DNA of 64,000 nucleotides, taken from positions 1,504,001-1,568,000 of the forward strand of contig OZ244732.1 of assembly GCA_965219345.1 (NCBI GenBank), in the 5' to 3' direction. The stretch comes from Nitrosopumilus sp. (lineage in GTDB: Archaea > Thermoproteota > Nitrososphaeria > Nitrososphaerales > Nitrosopumilaceae). Each line of letters starts with the position of its first letter. Position 1 is the stretch's first letter. The notes below the pieces were generated by a model. It was not told the origin of the DNA, searched no databases, and was given only the letters and a program-made list of their open reading frames with translations. Shown here in pieces: positions 41,232 to 52,269 of the stretch. A program made the position numbers and the translations under genes.

Positions 41232-41822
41232 TCATTCAGAATGTGTTGAATCAGGATCATTATTTCCAGGCAAATATTTATCTCCAAGTTTATTTTTCAT
41301 TTTTTCATCAAATTCTTCCTGAAGTCTTGTAAGATAGATTTCAGCTTCTGTCTCATCATCTGGAATTCCTGTATCTATATCGTAATTGAAACCAGTTGCT
41401 AAATGATAAAATTCCTCAAAGAATTCTTTACAATCAATTACATCTGTTTTGTCATCTACTGATACTACAAGACAATCATTGTCCATTCTAAAGTTGAGAC
41501 AAACTTCCTCCTCAATCATAGTATCCACCAAAACTGCCATAAGATATGCTACATATTGATTTTCTAGCTTACCTTTCCTCTTATTTGCAATCCATAATTC
41601 GTTACCTTCTGCCAAATTATCAAAGGTCCTGACTGTCATATCTCGAATATCTGAATCAGGATATGCTAGTTTGGAATCCCATGATTTTGTACTATGATCC
41701 CCTGGCTCTACGTACAATGCATCAAACGTCAAATTTTCATTTAGTTGTTCAAATTCCCATATCTGTTTGTTAGTCCACATGGGCGAAAAATTTCCAATTA
41801 ATTTTCTTGATATTTGATTCAA
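41232..41822 (-). CDS. Acidic hypothetical protein
   Basis: 196-aa ORF. Confidence 0.7.
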   Translation of the reverse strand: MNQISRKLIGNFSPMWTNKQIWEFEQLNENLTFDALYVEPGDHSTKSWDSKLAYPDSDIRDMTVRTFDNLAEGNELWIANKRKGKLENQYVAYLMAVLVDTMIEEEVCLNFRMDNDCLVVSVDDKTDVIDCKEFFEEFYHLATGFNYDIDTGIPDDETEAEIYLTRLQEEFDEKMKNKLGDKYLPGNNDPDSTHSE

Positions 41823-41862
41823 TGAATATTTCCAAATTGTCCAATGTTTAATCTTATCTTAA

Positions 41863-42069
41863 CTAATCATTAATTCCTGATTTGAGAAACTCTAATGTGC
41901 ATTCAGTAAGTTCTTTGCTAGAATGTTTTTTGACTTCATGTTTACAATTAGGACAAATACCTGGCTGTTCTTCTGTAAATTCTTCATTAACTTGTTTCAT
42001 ACAACATTCCATTAATTCCGGTGTTGAATGGGATTCCATTGCAAGCTTACAAGTTGGACACTCTGTCAT
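41863..42069 (-). CDS. Small protein with duplicated CPxC...H..EL.EC motif
   Basis: CPTCK..MESHSTPELMEC / CPNCK..VKKHSSKELTEC. Confidence 0.7.
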   Translation of the reverse strand: MTECPTCKLAMESHSTPELMECCMKQVNEEFTEEQPGICPNCKHEVKKHSSKELTECTLEFLKSGIND

Positions 42070-42763
42070 GTTCTCGATCTTTTTTATCTTAATTTTTTGC
42101 TCATAATATGTATTTCATTTTTCAAAGATCCTAGTAAGAATATATCTGAAAAATTTGATTATATGTTAAATTCTACCCATGTTAAATTGGTAAAGATTAT
42201 GCTATCCAAATAATATGGTAAATCCAACAGCTAAAGCTATAATTGAAATTCCCATCGAAACATAAAATCTCATATTCATTAAGATAGCTAAAATAGTCTA
42301 AAATTAATAGTTTAGAATTTGGGAAGCAAGCAAGTATGATATCCACCTTGCATCGACTCTTTGGGAGTTATGTTCAGATATCAAACTAGCAACCGACCTT
42401 GCTCCAATTTGTTTAATAATTCGTGTTTTCAAAAATTCTTAAAATAAAACATGTCTTGATTATTGATCAAAATGGGTTGAAAAAGCTATCCTGTTTTAAT
42501 TTTCAGAAAAATCGAGCCTATATTTCATTGAAAATAGTATCTTAGGTATGGAGTGTCTGTTTCAAATTATACACACAATTTCTTTTAATCTAGTCTGAGT
42601 TATCTATAGAGTCATACGTTTGACGGCGTTCATGTCTTTAACCGACCATGCCCCTCCTAGTATTCATTAGCAGTCAAACATCTTGATTCTAATATTTTTT
42701 TCAATTGCTTTTGATTGAATAATAGATTAAAATCTCAATAATTTTATTCTGAGATAGATATGG

Positions 42764-43306
42764 TTGAATATGAGTGAAAAAAATGTCCTAGTTTGGTCAA
42801 ATGACTCTTTTCTCCGATGGCCTGATTTCATTGCAGAGTCTAACACTGCAGCTTTTGAAGACTCTCATAGTATTATCAAATATAGTTATACATGGACAGT
42901 ACACTCTGATGAAATTGAAAGTCAAATTATATTTTTTATTGAGAACATTCAACTCTCTGTTGAATTTCATCCTGTCTTATCGTGGGTTAGGACTTTACAA
43001 GCCAGTGATGATTTACTAAAACATGAACAAGGCCATTTTGATCTGGCTGAACTGATAAAACGTGAAAACCTAGAAAAATTACAAAACAAATTTCATAAAA
43101 AACAATTTCCTACAAGAGGAAAAAATGAAGAACAAAGAAAGCAGTTTGCAAAAGAAGATTCTGGTAAAATGATTGCTATCGAAGTTGAAAAACTTGAAGA
43201 GGTTTTATCACAAAGACGTCAAGAATATGATCAGCAAACAAATTTTGGTCAAGATTTAGAAAAACAATCAGAATATAATTCAATATTTGATAAATTAAGA
43301 TTATAA
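42764..43306 (+). CDS. DUF922-like putative Zn-protease
   Basis: LRWPDF, SWV, LLKHEQGHFDLAE. Confidence 0.8.
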   Translation: MNMSEKNVLVWSNDSFLRWPDFIAESNTAAFEDSHSIIKYSYTWTVHSDEIESQIIFFIENIQLSVEFHPVLSWVRTLQASDDLLKHEQGHFDLAELIKRENLEKLQNKFHKKQFPTRGKNEEQRKQFAKEDSGKMIAIEVEKLEEVLSQRRQEYDQQTNFGQDLEKQSEYNSIFDKLRL

Positions 43307-43324
43307 TTTACTATACACCAAGAA

Positions 43325-43585
43325 TTATTGCTCAATAATTTTATTTTCAGGAATTGAATTGATGTAATTTACTAAACTTCTATAATATTTTAAATGAAAG
43401 TCTAAATCTTTAATCTCTGTTTGTTTTAACTCTTCAAGTTCAGGACCGAAATCTCTTTTGTCTGTTTGAATATGATTTAATGTATCTTCATTTACTTCAA
43501 TCATGTGAAAAAGACTATGAAGCACTTCACTTTTACTGAGTGTTTTATTACATGATTTTTTTAATAAAGCCTCAACCCAATCCAT
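43325..43585 (-). CDS. Hypothetical protein
   Basis: 86-aa ORF. Confidence 0.6.
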   Translation of the reverse strand: MDWVEALLKKSCNKTLSKSEVLHSLFHMIEVNEDTLNHIQTDKRDFGPELEELKQTEIKDLDFHLKYYRSLVNYINSIPENKIIEQ

Positions 43586-43672
43586 ATGAATTGAGACCAG
43601 AATTATTATATCCGTCCCTAACTTGATAAATTCTAACTTTTACTCTATTTTTTTTAGTTTAGGCTGAAATGA

Positions 43673-43804
43673 TTACTTTTTTTCCTGTTTGTTTTTTCGG
43701 TTCATGACTTCCTTGTTTCTTTCAATATCTGAGTGAACCTCAACATGTTCAAACAATTCTTCTTTTGATTCAAATAATTGTTCACAATAATAGCATTGAT
43801 GCAT
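43673..43804 (-). CDS. C2H2 zinc-finger microprotein (not in ORF track)
   Basis: MHQCYYCEQLFESKEELFEHVEVH... Confidence 0.65.
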   Translation of the reverse strand: MHQCYYCEQLFESKEELFEHVEVHSDIERNKEVMNRKNKQEKK

Positions 43805-43918
43805 TGCATATTTACGCTCATCTTAGATTAATGACTTTCACTATTTTCATGTCTAAACTACCTGATCATATTAAAAATTAGTGAATTTAACAAAAAATAC
43901 GATTTAGATGGAATTAAT

Positions 43919-44236
43919 TTAATGAGCTTCTAATTCAATTTCAGAGTTACATCCAGGCAATTTACCTGAATCATTTTTGACTTGTTCAATTAATCGTAGT
44001 TGATATTCCTTGGGATTGTCCATAAATTCTCTCTGATATGATTGAGTTTTTTGTTTACATTCGTTTCCTTCAAAATCAGTATCAACATACCTTGTAAATG
44101 TCCTTTCAAGATTATTTGTCTCTCCAATGTAAATTGGTTCTTTGCTTCTATCATACAACACATAAACTCCTGAAACTGGTTTCACAAATTTAGCACTCTC
44201 AAGCCAAACCCTCATTTTATCATCAAGTAATTCCAT
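43919..44236 (-). CDS. GIY-YIG-like domain protein
   Basis: SGVYVLYD....IYIGETNNL. Confidence 0.75.
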   Translation of the reverse strand: MELLDDKMRVWLESAKFVKPVSGVYVLYDRSKEPIYIGETNNLERTFTRYVDTDFEGNECKQKTQSYQREFMDNPKEYQLRLIEQVKNDSGKLPGCNSEIELEAH

Positions 44237-44335
44237 GATCTAGGATTATTTCACTAGATATTAAACTAGATTATAAAAATTAAGATATTACAAGAACCTT
44301 TATACTTTTAATATTAAGAAAAAAGAAGATTAATC

Positions 44336-46015
44336 CTGTCACTTTTAGAAAAATTCCCTGACAAATTTAATCCCCGAGAAATTCAAAAAGAGATCCTCAC
44401 TGAAATTGAAGAGAAACTGAAATCTGGATACAAAAAAATCATCTTATGCGCTCCAACTGGTGTTGGGAAATCATTAGTAGGCGCTACTGTTTCTAGTTAT
44501 TTTGATAGTTCCTTTACGATAACTGCAACAAAACATCTCCAAGATCAATACATCAAAGATATCCCATTTCTAAAACCTGTAAAGGGAAAACAAAATTTCC
44601 CATGTCTCAAATTGATGTCTTCTGAGAAGGTTAATAATACTAGAAGGGCCATGAGGTGGGGACTGACATGCGATAAGGGACAATGCCAAGAACGAGTTAA
44701 CAAAAATGGCAAAGAAATCATCGAAGTATGTAAATTCAAACCTACGATTAAGCAAGTTGAAGCAAATACTCCGGATTCAGAGTCTTGTCACTATTATTTA
44801 CAAAAATATGAAGCTCTTGTATCGAAACATTCCTTGTGGAATTATTCTGCATTTTTTCAAATTATGAAATTCAACAAGAAACTCTTTGAAGATTATCTTG
44901 ATAGAAAGGTATCTATTTTTGATGAGGCTCATAAAATCGAAGACCAAATAATACAATTTGTTGGATTTGATATTTTTAGCGGACAAGTAGATGAATGTAA
45001 TCTTAATTCTGACAAATATGATTTCACAGATTTAGATTCCATGATTCAGTTAACTGATGATATTGCTTATTCATATGCAAAGAAAATTAAGGATATTAAG
45101 GAAAGCACTGCATTTCAAAACAATCCTGATTATGAATTAATTACAAGATTAGAAAGACGTTATGATAAAGCTGCTCAAGCTAAAATTGACATCATGTCTG
45201 ATAAAGACAATTTTGTGGTAAATGATCCTCTACGGGATTTGAATGGAAATTTTAGAACCATTTCTGTAAAGCCAATAGATGTTTCGAAATTTGCAGATAC
45301 TTTTTTTGAAACTGATTATCAAATTTTCATGTCTGCCACAATTGATAAACTAAGCTTCTGTGAAAATATGGGATTAGAACAGGAAGATGTTGCATTTGTA
45401 GATAGTCAAAAATCACCTTTTCCAATTGAACATAGAAAGATTGATCTTCTTAATATCCGACGACTTAGTTATGGCTCTACTGAGGAAGATGAACTTGAAG
45501 TGATTAAAACAATTGATAGAATTTTAGATGAGCATTCAAACGAAAGGGGATTAATACTAACATCTTCTATTCCAAGGTGTCAAAAAATTCTCCGATTTCT
45601 TTCACCAAAAAATACTAGAAGAATTAGAATCTGTCATAGTAAAAACAAGGATGGAAAAACACAGAATGAAGTCATTTCAGAACATGAAACTGACCCTACC
45701 GGGGTCTTGTTGTCTTCTTCACTTTGGGAGGGTGTTGACCTAAAAGATGATTTGTCGAGATTCCAAATTATCGCAAAGGTACCGTATCCTAACTATAAAG
45801 AAAAAAGAACTAAGGCAAAGATGGACAAATTTCCTATGTGGTATACCTCTCAAACACTAACTAAATTACTACAAGGATTTGGTCGTTCAATTAGAAGTGA
45901 AGATGATTGGGCAAATACTTATGTTCTTGATACTGCAGTAAATAATGTCTTTTTCAAGGCTCAACAAATGATTCCAAAGTCATACTATGATGTTTTAGGA
46001 ATAGAAAACCTGTAG
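44336..46015 (+). CDS. Rad3/XPD/DinG-family SF2 helicase
   Basis: In-frame extension upstream of 44612 gives the Q-motif PREIQ and Walker A APTGVGKS; DEAH, MSAT, EGVD, QGFGRSIR. Confidence 0.88.
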   Translation: MSLLEKFPDKFNPREIQKEILTEIEEKLKSGYKKIILCAPTGVGKSLVGATVSSYFDSSFTITATKHLQDQYIKDIPFLKPVKGKQNFPCLKLMSSEKVNNTRRAMRWGLTCDKGQCQERVNKNGKEIIEVCKFKPTIKQVEANTPDSESCHYYLQKYEALVSKHSLWNYSAFFQIMKFNKKLFEDYLDRKVSIFDEAHKIEDQIIQFVGFDIFSGQVDECNLNSDKYDFTDLDSMIQLTDDIAYSYAKKIKDIKESTAFQNNPDYELITRLERRYDKAAQAKIDIMSDKDNFVVNDPLRDLNGNFRTISVKPIDVSKFADTFFETDYQIFMSATIDKLSFCENMGLEQEDVAFVDSQKSPFPIEHRKIDLLNIRRLSYGSTEEDELEVIKTIDRILDEHSNERGLILTSSIPRCQKILRFLSPKNTRRIRICHSKNKDGKTQNEVISEHETDPTGVLLSSSLWEGVDLKDDLSRFQIIAKVPYPNYKEKRTKAKMDKFPMWYTSQTLTKLLQGFGRSIRSEDDWANTYVLDTAVNNVFFKAQQMIPKSYYDVLGIENL

Positions 46016-46120
46016 TAGATAACAGAAATTTAATTATGATAATGTAATTTTTTCTGCCTGTTATCTCTAAGAATTATTACAAATTGCGATCTATAAAGAT
46101 TGTGGACAAATTGTTCATTG

Positions 46121-47794
46121 TTAGAGTTTTGGGCTGGTAATTGCACCATTAGCAGCAGAACCTACTAGTGTTGCATATTTTGCCAAAGCTCCTGTAGTAT
46201 AGTTTGGTTTAGGTGGGGTCCATTCATCACTTCTAGTTTCTAGTTCTTCTTTTGATACGTGAAGATCAATTGCATTGGTTTCAGTATCGATTGTTATTTC
46301 ATCATTATCTTTTACTAGTGCAATTGGACCACCAACATATGCTTCAGGTGCAACATGACCTACCATGAATCCACGTGTACCTCCTGAGAATCTACCATCT
46401 GTTACCATTGCAACTTTTTTTCCTAATCCCTGACCTACAAGTGCCGCAGTTGTAGCTAACATCTCTCTCATTCCAGGACCTCCTTTTGGTCCTTCATATC
46501 TGATAACTATTACATCACCTTCATCAATTTCTCCTTTTGCCACTGCATCAAATGCTGATTCTTCTCTATCAAATACACGAGCTTTTCCTGTAAATTTTGT
46601 CATATCTACTCCTGCAGTTTTAATCACTGCTCCATCTGGAGCAAGACTTCCTTTGAGAATTACTGCAGTTCCAACTGAGTGAAGTGGATTTTCAATTGAT
46701 CTTACAATAGTTTGTTCTGGTTCTGAAATATTCATTGAAACAAGATTTTCTTTAATAGTTTTTCCAGTAACTGTAATACAGTTTTCATTTAGAAGTCCTT
46801 TGTCAAGTAATTTCTTCATTACAAATGGAATTCCTCCTATCTTATCAAGGGAATTCATTACATAATTTCCACCTGGTTTCATATCTGCCAAGTGAGGTGT
46901 TCTTTTTCTTATTCTTTCAAAATCATCATAACTCAAATCAATATTAACTTCGTTTGCTAGTGCTAGTAAATGTAATATTCCATTTGTTGATCCCCCAACA
47001 GAATTTAACATTACAATTGCGTTTTCAAATGCCTCAAACGACAAAATTTCTTTTGGTCTTATATTCATCTCCAATAATTTGGCACATGCTACTCCTGTAT
47101 CGTAGACCATCTTGTCTCGCCTATCATCTTCAGCTGGTGGACTGGCACTTCCGGGTAAAGCAAGACCAATTGCTTCAGATATTGATGCCATTGTATTTGC
47201 AGTAAACATTCCTCCACAAGATCCAGCATTTGGACATGCTGTATTTTCAATATTTTTTAGTCCTTCAAGGGTTAGCTGACCTGCATCATATGCACCAACA
47301 GCTTCATACACATCAACTACTGTTAGCTCTTTACCGTCAAGTATTCCTGGCATGATGGTTCCACCGTACACAAACACTGATGGAATGTTTAGTCTGGCCA
47401 TAGCCATCATGGTTCCTGGTAAACTCTTATCGCATCCTGCAATTCCTACTAGTGCATCGTATTGATGTGCTCTTACCATTAGTTCAATTGAATCTGCAAT
47501 GACCTCTCGAGAAATTAATGACGACTTCATTCCTTCATGACCCATTGCGATTCCATCACTTACTGCAATTGTTGAAAATTCCCTTGGTGTTGCACCTGAA
47601 TCTGAAACACCTTCTTTAGCTTTTAGAGCTAATTTTGGAAGATGAATATTACATGGTGTTGCCTCATTTCCTGTGTGGCATATGCCAATGAATTGTTTTG
47701 ATAAATCTTCATCAGTTAACCCCATAGCTTTGTACATTGCTCTATGTGGTGCCCGAGCAGTTCCTTCTACAACATTTCTACTGGAAATTTCCAT
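46121..47794 (-). CDS. ilvD: Dihydroxy-acid dehydratase
   Basis: [35 protein letters not shown]. Confidence 0.97.
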   Translation of the reverse strand: MEISSRNVVEGTARAPHRAMYKAMGLTDEDLSKQFIGICHTGNEATPCNIHLPKLALKAKEGVSDSGATPREFSTIAVSDGIAMGHEGMKSSLISREVIADSIELMVRAHQYDALVGIAGCDKSLPGTMMAMARLNIPSVFVYGGTIMPGILDGKELTVVDVYEAVGAYDAGQLTLEGLKNIENTACPNAGSCGGMFTANTMASISEAIGLALPGSASPPAEDDRRDKMVYDTGVACAKLLEMNIRPKEILSFEAFENAIVMLNSVGGSTNGILHLLALANEVNIDLSYDDFERIRKRTPHLADMKPGGNYVMNSLDKIGGIPFVMKKLLDKGLLNENCITVTGKTIKENLVSMNISEPEQTIVRSIENPLHSVGTAVILKGSLAPDGAVIKTAGVDMTKFTGKARVFDREESAFDAVAKGEIDEGDVIVIRYEGPKGGPGMREMLATTAALVGQGLGKKVAMVTDGRFSGGTRGFMVGHVAPEAYVGGPIALVKDNDEITIDTETNAIDLHVSKEELETRSDEWTPPKPNYTTGALAKYATLVGSAANGAITSPKL

Positions 47795-48058
47795 AACATG
47801 TAATTTTCCGATTGGTATAATTTAGACTTTTATTCTTCATGGAAAGGGGTCAGGGAAAGACAAACACTTCCCCCGATAAAACATCAACCGATGTTAGTTT
47901 GTCGATCTACATACTTGATTAATTTTTCAAGATGACAGATTATTTTCTGAAACATCATTCATGCCATTGATTATGTATTATAAATCTAGATAAAATTAGT
48001 TGGAACTAAATTTTTTATTGAAAATTATTTGACTAGATTAAAGACTTTGTTGATATTA

Positions 48059-48655
48059 TTACTTGATTAATTCTTGATTATCTAATTTTAGTAGTACTGC
48101 ATCTATTTCTTCAGAAGTTTGACCACCGTATAAAACCAGAACTCTATCGCCTTCCATGATTTCATAATCTCTAATATCTGAGACCCTATCTCTGTTAATG
48201 AAGAATTTTAAATCATAGTCCTCGTTTGTACAGAAACTTCTACCATCTTGAAATACAAAGCATTGATCATCAAGACCCAAAGATAATGAATCAAATAGAT
48301 ATCCTAGAGTAACCCCTGTGGCATGTTTGTGAATTGTAGAGCCATCCCTTCCTTCAAAGTGAGTCCAAGGTGATTTAATCTGATAAGCTGGAGCTGCGAA
48401 ATCAAATTCATCACCAAAAACATTCACTATAATTGCTGCATGTGAATGATCACTTCCCATTGCACCCGCATTTTCTGGTCCTCCTGGTGCAGTTTCAGTC
48501 ATGGTCATAAACAAGTATGCTGAATATCCTACAATTACTGCAATTACAGCAAAAACAGCAATCGCAATTAGAGTGTGTTTTCTTTTTTCTGCTGTATGCT
48601 TTGTAGCATAGTTTTCACGTTTTTGTTCACGTTCTCTTCTTTCTTTTCTACCCAT
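48059..48655 (-). CDS. Conserved thaumarchaeal membrane-anchored protein
   Basis: Basic N-terminus + TM; HSHA, HFEG, IHKHATGVTLG. Confidence 0.75.
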   Translation of the reverse strand: MGRKERREREQKRENYATKHTAEKRKHTLIAIAVFAVIAVIVGYSAYLFMTMTETAPGGPENAGAMGSDHSHAAIIVNVFGDEFDFAAPAYQIKSPWTHFEGRDGSTIHKHATGVTLGYLFDSLSLGLDDQCFVFQDGRSFCTNEDYDLKFFINRDRVSDIRDYEIMEGDRVLVLYGGQTSEEIDAVLLKLDNQELIK

Positions 48656-48734
48656 AAGATGTTCAGACTCTAAAATTTACCCTAATTAACCATTCGATAA
48701 AAACAATAAATAAAATCAAAAATTGCTGTTCATT

Positions 48735-49142
48735 ATGAATTGTCTTTTTTGTGACATCTTAGATGGAAAAAAAGATGGACATTTTTTGTATGAAGATGAT
48801 TCTCATGTGGCATTTTTAGACAAGTATCCAATTGATGTAGGTCATAGTTTGGTACTTCCTAGAAAACATCATGAAAAAATAACAGATATGACTACCGAAG
48901 AGGTTGGAAATATTTTTGCACTTGTTCCAAAAATTGCAAGGGCTATTTTGGAAGCAACAAATGCAGATGCATTTAGTATTGGTCAGAATAATGGCAGAGC
49001 AGCTAAACAGATTGTCCCGCATGTTCATGTACATATTATTCCTAGATATAATGAGAAAGGCACCGTATGGACTAAGCGTCAAATATCAAATGACACTGAA
49101 CTTTCAGAGCTTGCAAAAAAGATTCGCAGTATTCTTACTTAG
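48735..49142 (+). CDS. HIT family protein
   Basis: CLFC, GHSLV, HVHVHIIPR. Confidence 0.92.
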   Translation: MNCLFCDILDGKKDGHFLYEDDSHVAFLDKYPIDVGHSLVLPRKHHEKITDMTTEEVGNIFALVPKIARAILEATNADAFSIGQNNGRAAKQIVPHVHVHIIPRYNEKGTVWTKRQISNDTELSELAKKIRSILT

Positions 49143-50415
49143 TATGACCTGGATTATATCTCAAAATTGCACCAGCTTTTCCAAGACTTGCAAGCATATT
49201 TCCATGCTCTGCACTTCCAGAAATAACTTCTAACTGAGTTCCTGTTTTTGCTGCAAGCAATTCCAAATAATCTACAATATCCTGCTCATTAACATCTACT
49301 TCCATGGCTTTACAACCTGGACATGGATTACTTGTAAATTCTGTCTTTTTTGGGATAACTTGGGGTCTCTCAACAATATCTTCTTGAACGTGTTTGCATC
49401 TTTTACACTTTCCTTCAACTCTGTGCAAGTTTGTATCATCAGTAATGATTAGAGTTTTGGCAACATTGTTCTTTAGATATTCAATAATTTCTTGTAAACC
49501 ATATGAGCCCTTCCCAGAATGAGAATTAATCTCTCTGAACAAATCTTCTACAAGTTTCTTCTCTTCTACCATTCTAAAATTTCCCAAAATCTCTCCAGAC
49601 TTTGCAAAAGCCTCTCTGATTCCTTCAGATCCTGCATACGACGCATCAATTGTATTAATTATCATACCCTGCAATCTATACTCCAAATAATTTCCATTTA
49701 TGAAATCTTCTTTGGTAGGACCTGGACCCGAAATTATTAATCCTTTAATTGGGTAAATATCAATAAAGTATTCTCTTGTGGTTTCAGCTACTCTGTTATA
49801 GAAATATGATAATTCCATCTCTCTGAGTTTTTGAAATCTTTTTGCAGATTGTCCACCTTGCCTATGTTTTCCAGCTACCCCTGACCCAGTTTGAGATAAC
49901 ACTTCAATTTTTTCACCATACAATAATCCCCAACCAGCATCTTTTGCATCAATCGCTAAAAACCCAATTAGATTATCATCTTTTAACATGTCTTTTAAAA
50001 TGTCAACATGAAAATGATCATCACATCTGTACAAATATTGTTTCAAATCTTTTGGCGGTTCAATCTCCCAAACTTTTACAACTTCACTTCCTAAAGGCCC
50101 TCCTTCATCTGGTGGCAATGCTCCACAAAACATCACCAATCCCTTTTCTGGAGTTTTTTTGTATAGTTTCAGTCTCTGAACTACTTTTCCTAGAGAGTCA
50201 ACTACATGTGTTCTAGTCAGATCTGATTTGATGTTATCTGCTGTTCCTTGCTCTTGTTGAAGTGAACTGATAATTTCATGAAGTTGTTTTCCTTTTGGAA
50301 TGTATACTGTAATAAGCTCAGTCCCTCTCCCTGATTTTTGTGATAGTTCCTCTAACATCTTTCTTATTTTATAGATTTTAACAGAATCTTGTTTTTCTAC
50401 GTTAATTTTCTTCAT
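49135..50415 (-). CDS. prf1: Peptide chain release factor aRF1
   Basis: NIKS, YRCD, GGQSAKRF. Confidence 0.96.
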   Translation of the reverse strand: MKKINVEKQDSVKIYKIRKMLEELSQKSGRGTELITVYIPKGKQLHEIISSLQQEQGTADNIKSDLTRTHVVDSLGKVVQRLKLYKKTPEKGLVMFCGALPPDEGGPLGSEVVKVWEIEPPKDLKQYLYRCDDHFHVDILKDMLKDDNLIGFLAIDAKDAGWGLLYGEKIEVLSQTGSGVAGKHRQGGQSAKRFQKLREMELSYFYNRVAETTREYFIDIYPIKGLIISGPGPTKEDFINGNYLEYRLQGMIINTIDASYAGSEGIREAFAKSGEILGNFRMVEEKKLVEDLFREINSHSGKGSYGLQEIIEYLKNNVAKTLIITDDTNLHRVEGKCKRCKHVQEDIVERPQVIPKKTEFTSNPCPGCKAMEVDVNEQDIVDYLELLAAKTGTQLEVISGSAEHGNMLASLGKAGAILRYNPGHTK

Positions 50416-50473
50416 TTGTGATTTCTCATTTGCATGCGAATATTAATTTTGATTGATTCTAGGTTTCATAAAA

Positions 50474-51118
50474 TCACAATTCATCAAATGTTTTCAAAAA
50501 TACTTCTAGTGGCTGATTTCCTCTAATTTTGATAATTTTTTGATCATTAAAGACCAAAAAAGATGGTGTTGCATCAATCCCAATCTCTTTCCCAAATTCA
50601 TAAAGTGCAATGACCCGACTTTTGTATTTATTCTCATCAAGACATGTGTTGAATTTCACTAAATCCAAATCAACTGTAACTGCAAATCTATCTAGTGACT
50701 CTCTTGTTATCCATCCAGTTCTCTCGCCTCCCCAATTTTTGTAAAGTTCATCATGATATTGCCAGTATTTTTCTTGATCTTCTGCACAATATGATGCCTC
50801 TGCAGCTAGTAAAGAATCAGGACCATTTAGGGGAAAGTCTTTGAAGACTAGTTTTACTTTACCCATCTCAATAAAATCTTCATTGATAATATCTAGCGTA
50901 TTTTCATGAAATCTGTAACAAAAAGTACATTGATAATCTCCCCATTCTAAAATAGTAATTGGTGCATGTGGATCACCTAATACAGGAGAACCATTATCAA
51001 TTAATTTTGTAGTAGTAAATAATTTTGAATCGTTTTGTAATTCAGGATAAAATGTCAAAAACATTCCTGTGATAATTCCTATTGCGATCGGTATTGATAA
51101 GAGGTATAGTTTTGTCAT
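50474..51118 (-). CDS. DsbA-family thioredoxin-fold protein
   Basis: EWGDYQCTFC, ATPSF. Confidence 0.88.
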   Translation of the reverse strand: MTKLYLLSIPIAIGIITGMFLTFYPELQNDSKLFTTTKLIDNGSPVLGDPHAPITILEWGDYQCTFCYRFHENTLDIINEDFIEMGKVKLVFKDFPLNGPDSLLAAEASYCAEDQEKYWQYHDELYKNWGGERTGWITRESLDRFAVTVDLDLVKFNTCLDENKYKSRVIALYEFGKEIGIDATPSFLVFNDQKIIKIRGNQPLEVFLKTFDEL

Positions 51119-51239
51119 AACTTGACGAAATACGTTTCTAGTATAAAGTATCCATTTTTATCAAACAGATCGATCAATAATCTTTGAATATGTTAGAAAT
51201 ATCCAAGAGCTTAAATATATTCAAATGTTGTTAAATTTC

Positions 51240-51455
51240 ATGTCTGAATCAAGACAAGTTAATGTCTCTAAGACTGGTGTTTCAAAACTAGCAATAGTTG
51301 CATTAGCTATAGTCTTTGTAGCAGGATTGTTTCTTGTTGGGTTTGATCAAGGCCATATCTTTAGTCTGGTTATTGGTGAACAAGCATTTGAAGATCTTTA
51401 CATTCATGAACTCACCCATGATATGAGACATGCAGCCGGTTTTCCTTGTCATTAG
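51240..51455 (+). CDS. cbtB: Cobalt transporter subunit CbtB
   Basis: IHELTHDMRHAAGFPCH. Confidence 0.9.
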   Translation: MSESRQVNVSKTGVSKLAIVALAIVFVAGLFLVGFDQGHIFSLVIGEQAFEDLYIHELTHDMRHAAGFPCH

Positions 51456-51467
51456 GAACTTTATGTT

Positions 51468-52199
51468 ATGAAAACATCCCTTTTTCTCATAATTGTTTTA
51501 ATTTCGGGTGCATTTGCAGGTACTATTCATGGTATGGTGAATTTTGCAATTGTCGAACCTTATCTTGATCAAGCAATTGAAATTGAAAACCAAAATCTAT
51601 TTGCATCAGGTGAAGAACAAGACACTCCTGAATTTTGGGCAGAATATGAAGGGTATAGAGTATGGCAAAAAAGTGGCCAGATTCTCGCTGAGACTATTTT
51701 AGGAACATCTGTTGGTGCATTATTTGGAATAGTATACGCGTTATCTAGAAATTCATTGCCAGGTAATAATGATCTTAAAAAGGCACTTGTCTTGGCCGGA
51801 ATAATGTGGTTTACAATATTTTTGATTCCATTTCTCAAATATCCGGCAAATCCGCCAACTGTAGGTGATCCTGAAACTGTTGTATTGAGATCTATCTTGT
51901 ATCTTTCTTTTATTGCAATTTCTGGGTTTGGCGCAGTTGCTTTTTTCAAATTATCAAAGAAATTCCAAAACAAGAAAAAACTTGTTGCAATTATTGGTTA
52001 TGGTATTTTCATATCCATTGTTTTCTTTGCAATGCCAGAAAATCCAGATGAAATTACTGCTCCAATGGATTTGGTGAATGAGTTTAGAATAATGTCATTC
52101 CTTGGTGTTACTTCTTTCTGGATTTCAATTGGTATAATTTTAGGATTCTTTTGGAATCGTTTTAGTCCTCATAAAGAAACTACTCAATATTATAACTAG
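51468..52199 (+). CDS. cbtA: Cobalt transporter subunit CbtA
   Basis: PFLKYPANPPTVG; multiple TMs. Confidence 0.88.
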   Translation: MKTSLFLIIVLISGAFAGTIHGMVNFAIVEPYLDQAIEIENQNLFASGEEQDTPEFWAEYEGYRVWQKSGQILAETILGTSVGALFGIVYALSRNSLPGNNDLKKALVLAGIMWFTIFLIPFLKYPANPPTVGDPETVVLRSILYLSFIAISGFGAVAFFKLSKKFQNKKKLVAIIGYGIFISIVFFAMPENPDEITAPMDLVNEFRIMSFLGVTSFWISIGIILGFFWNRFSPHKETTQYYN

Positions 52200-52269
52200 T
52201 TATTCTTACTCTCTAGAATGAGAGCAAAAACATGTCGTTTAAATATTGTACCATAATTACGGAATCTAC

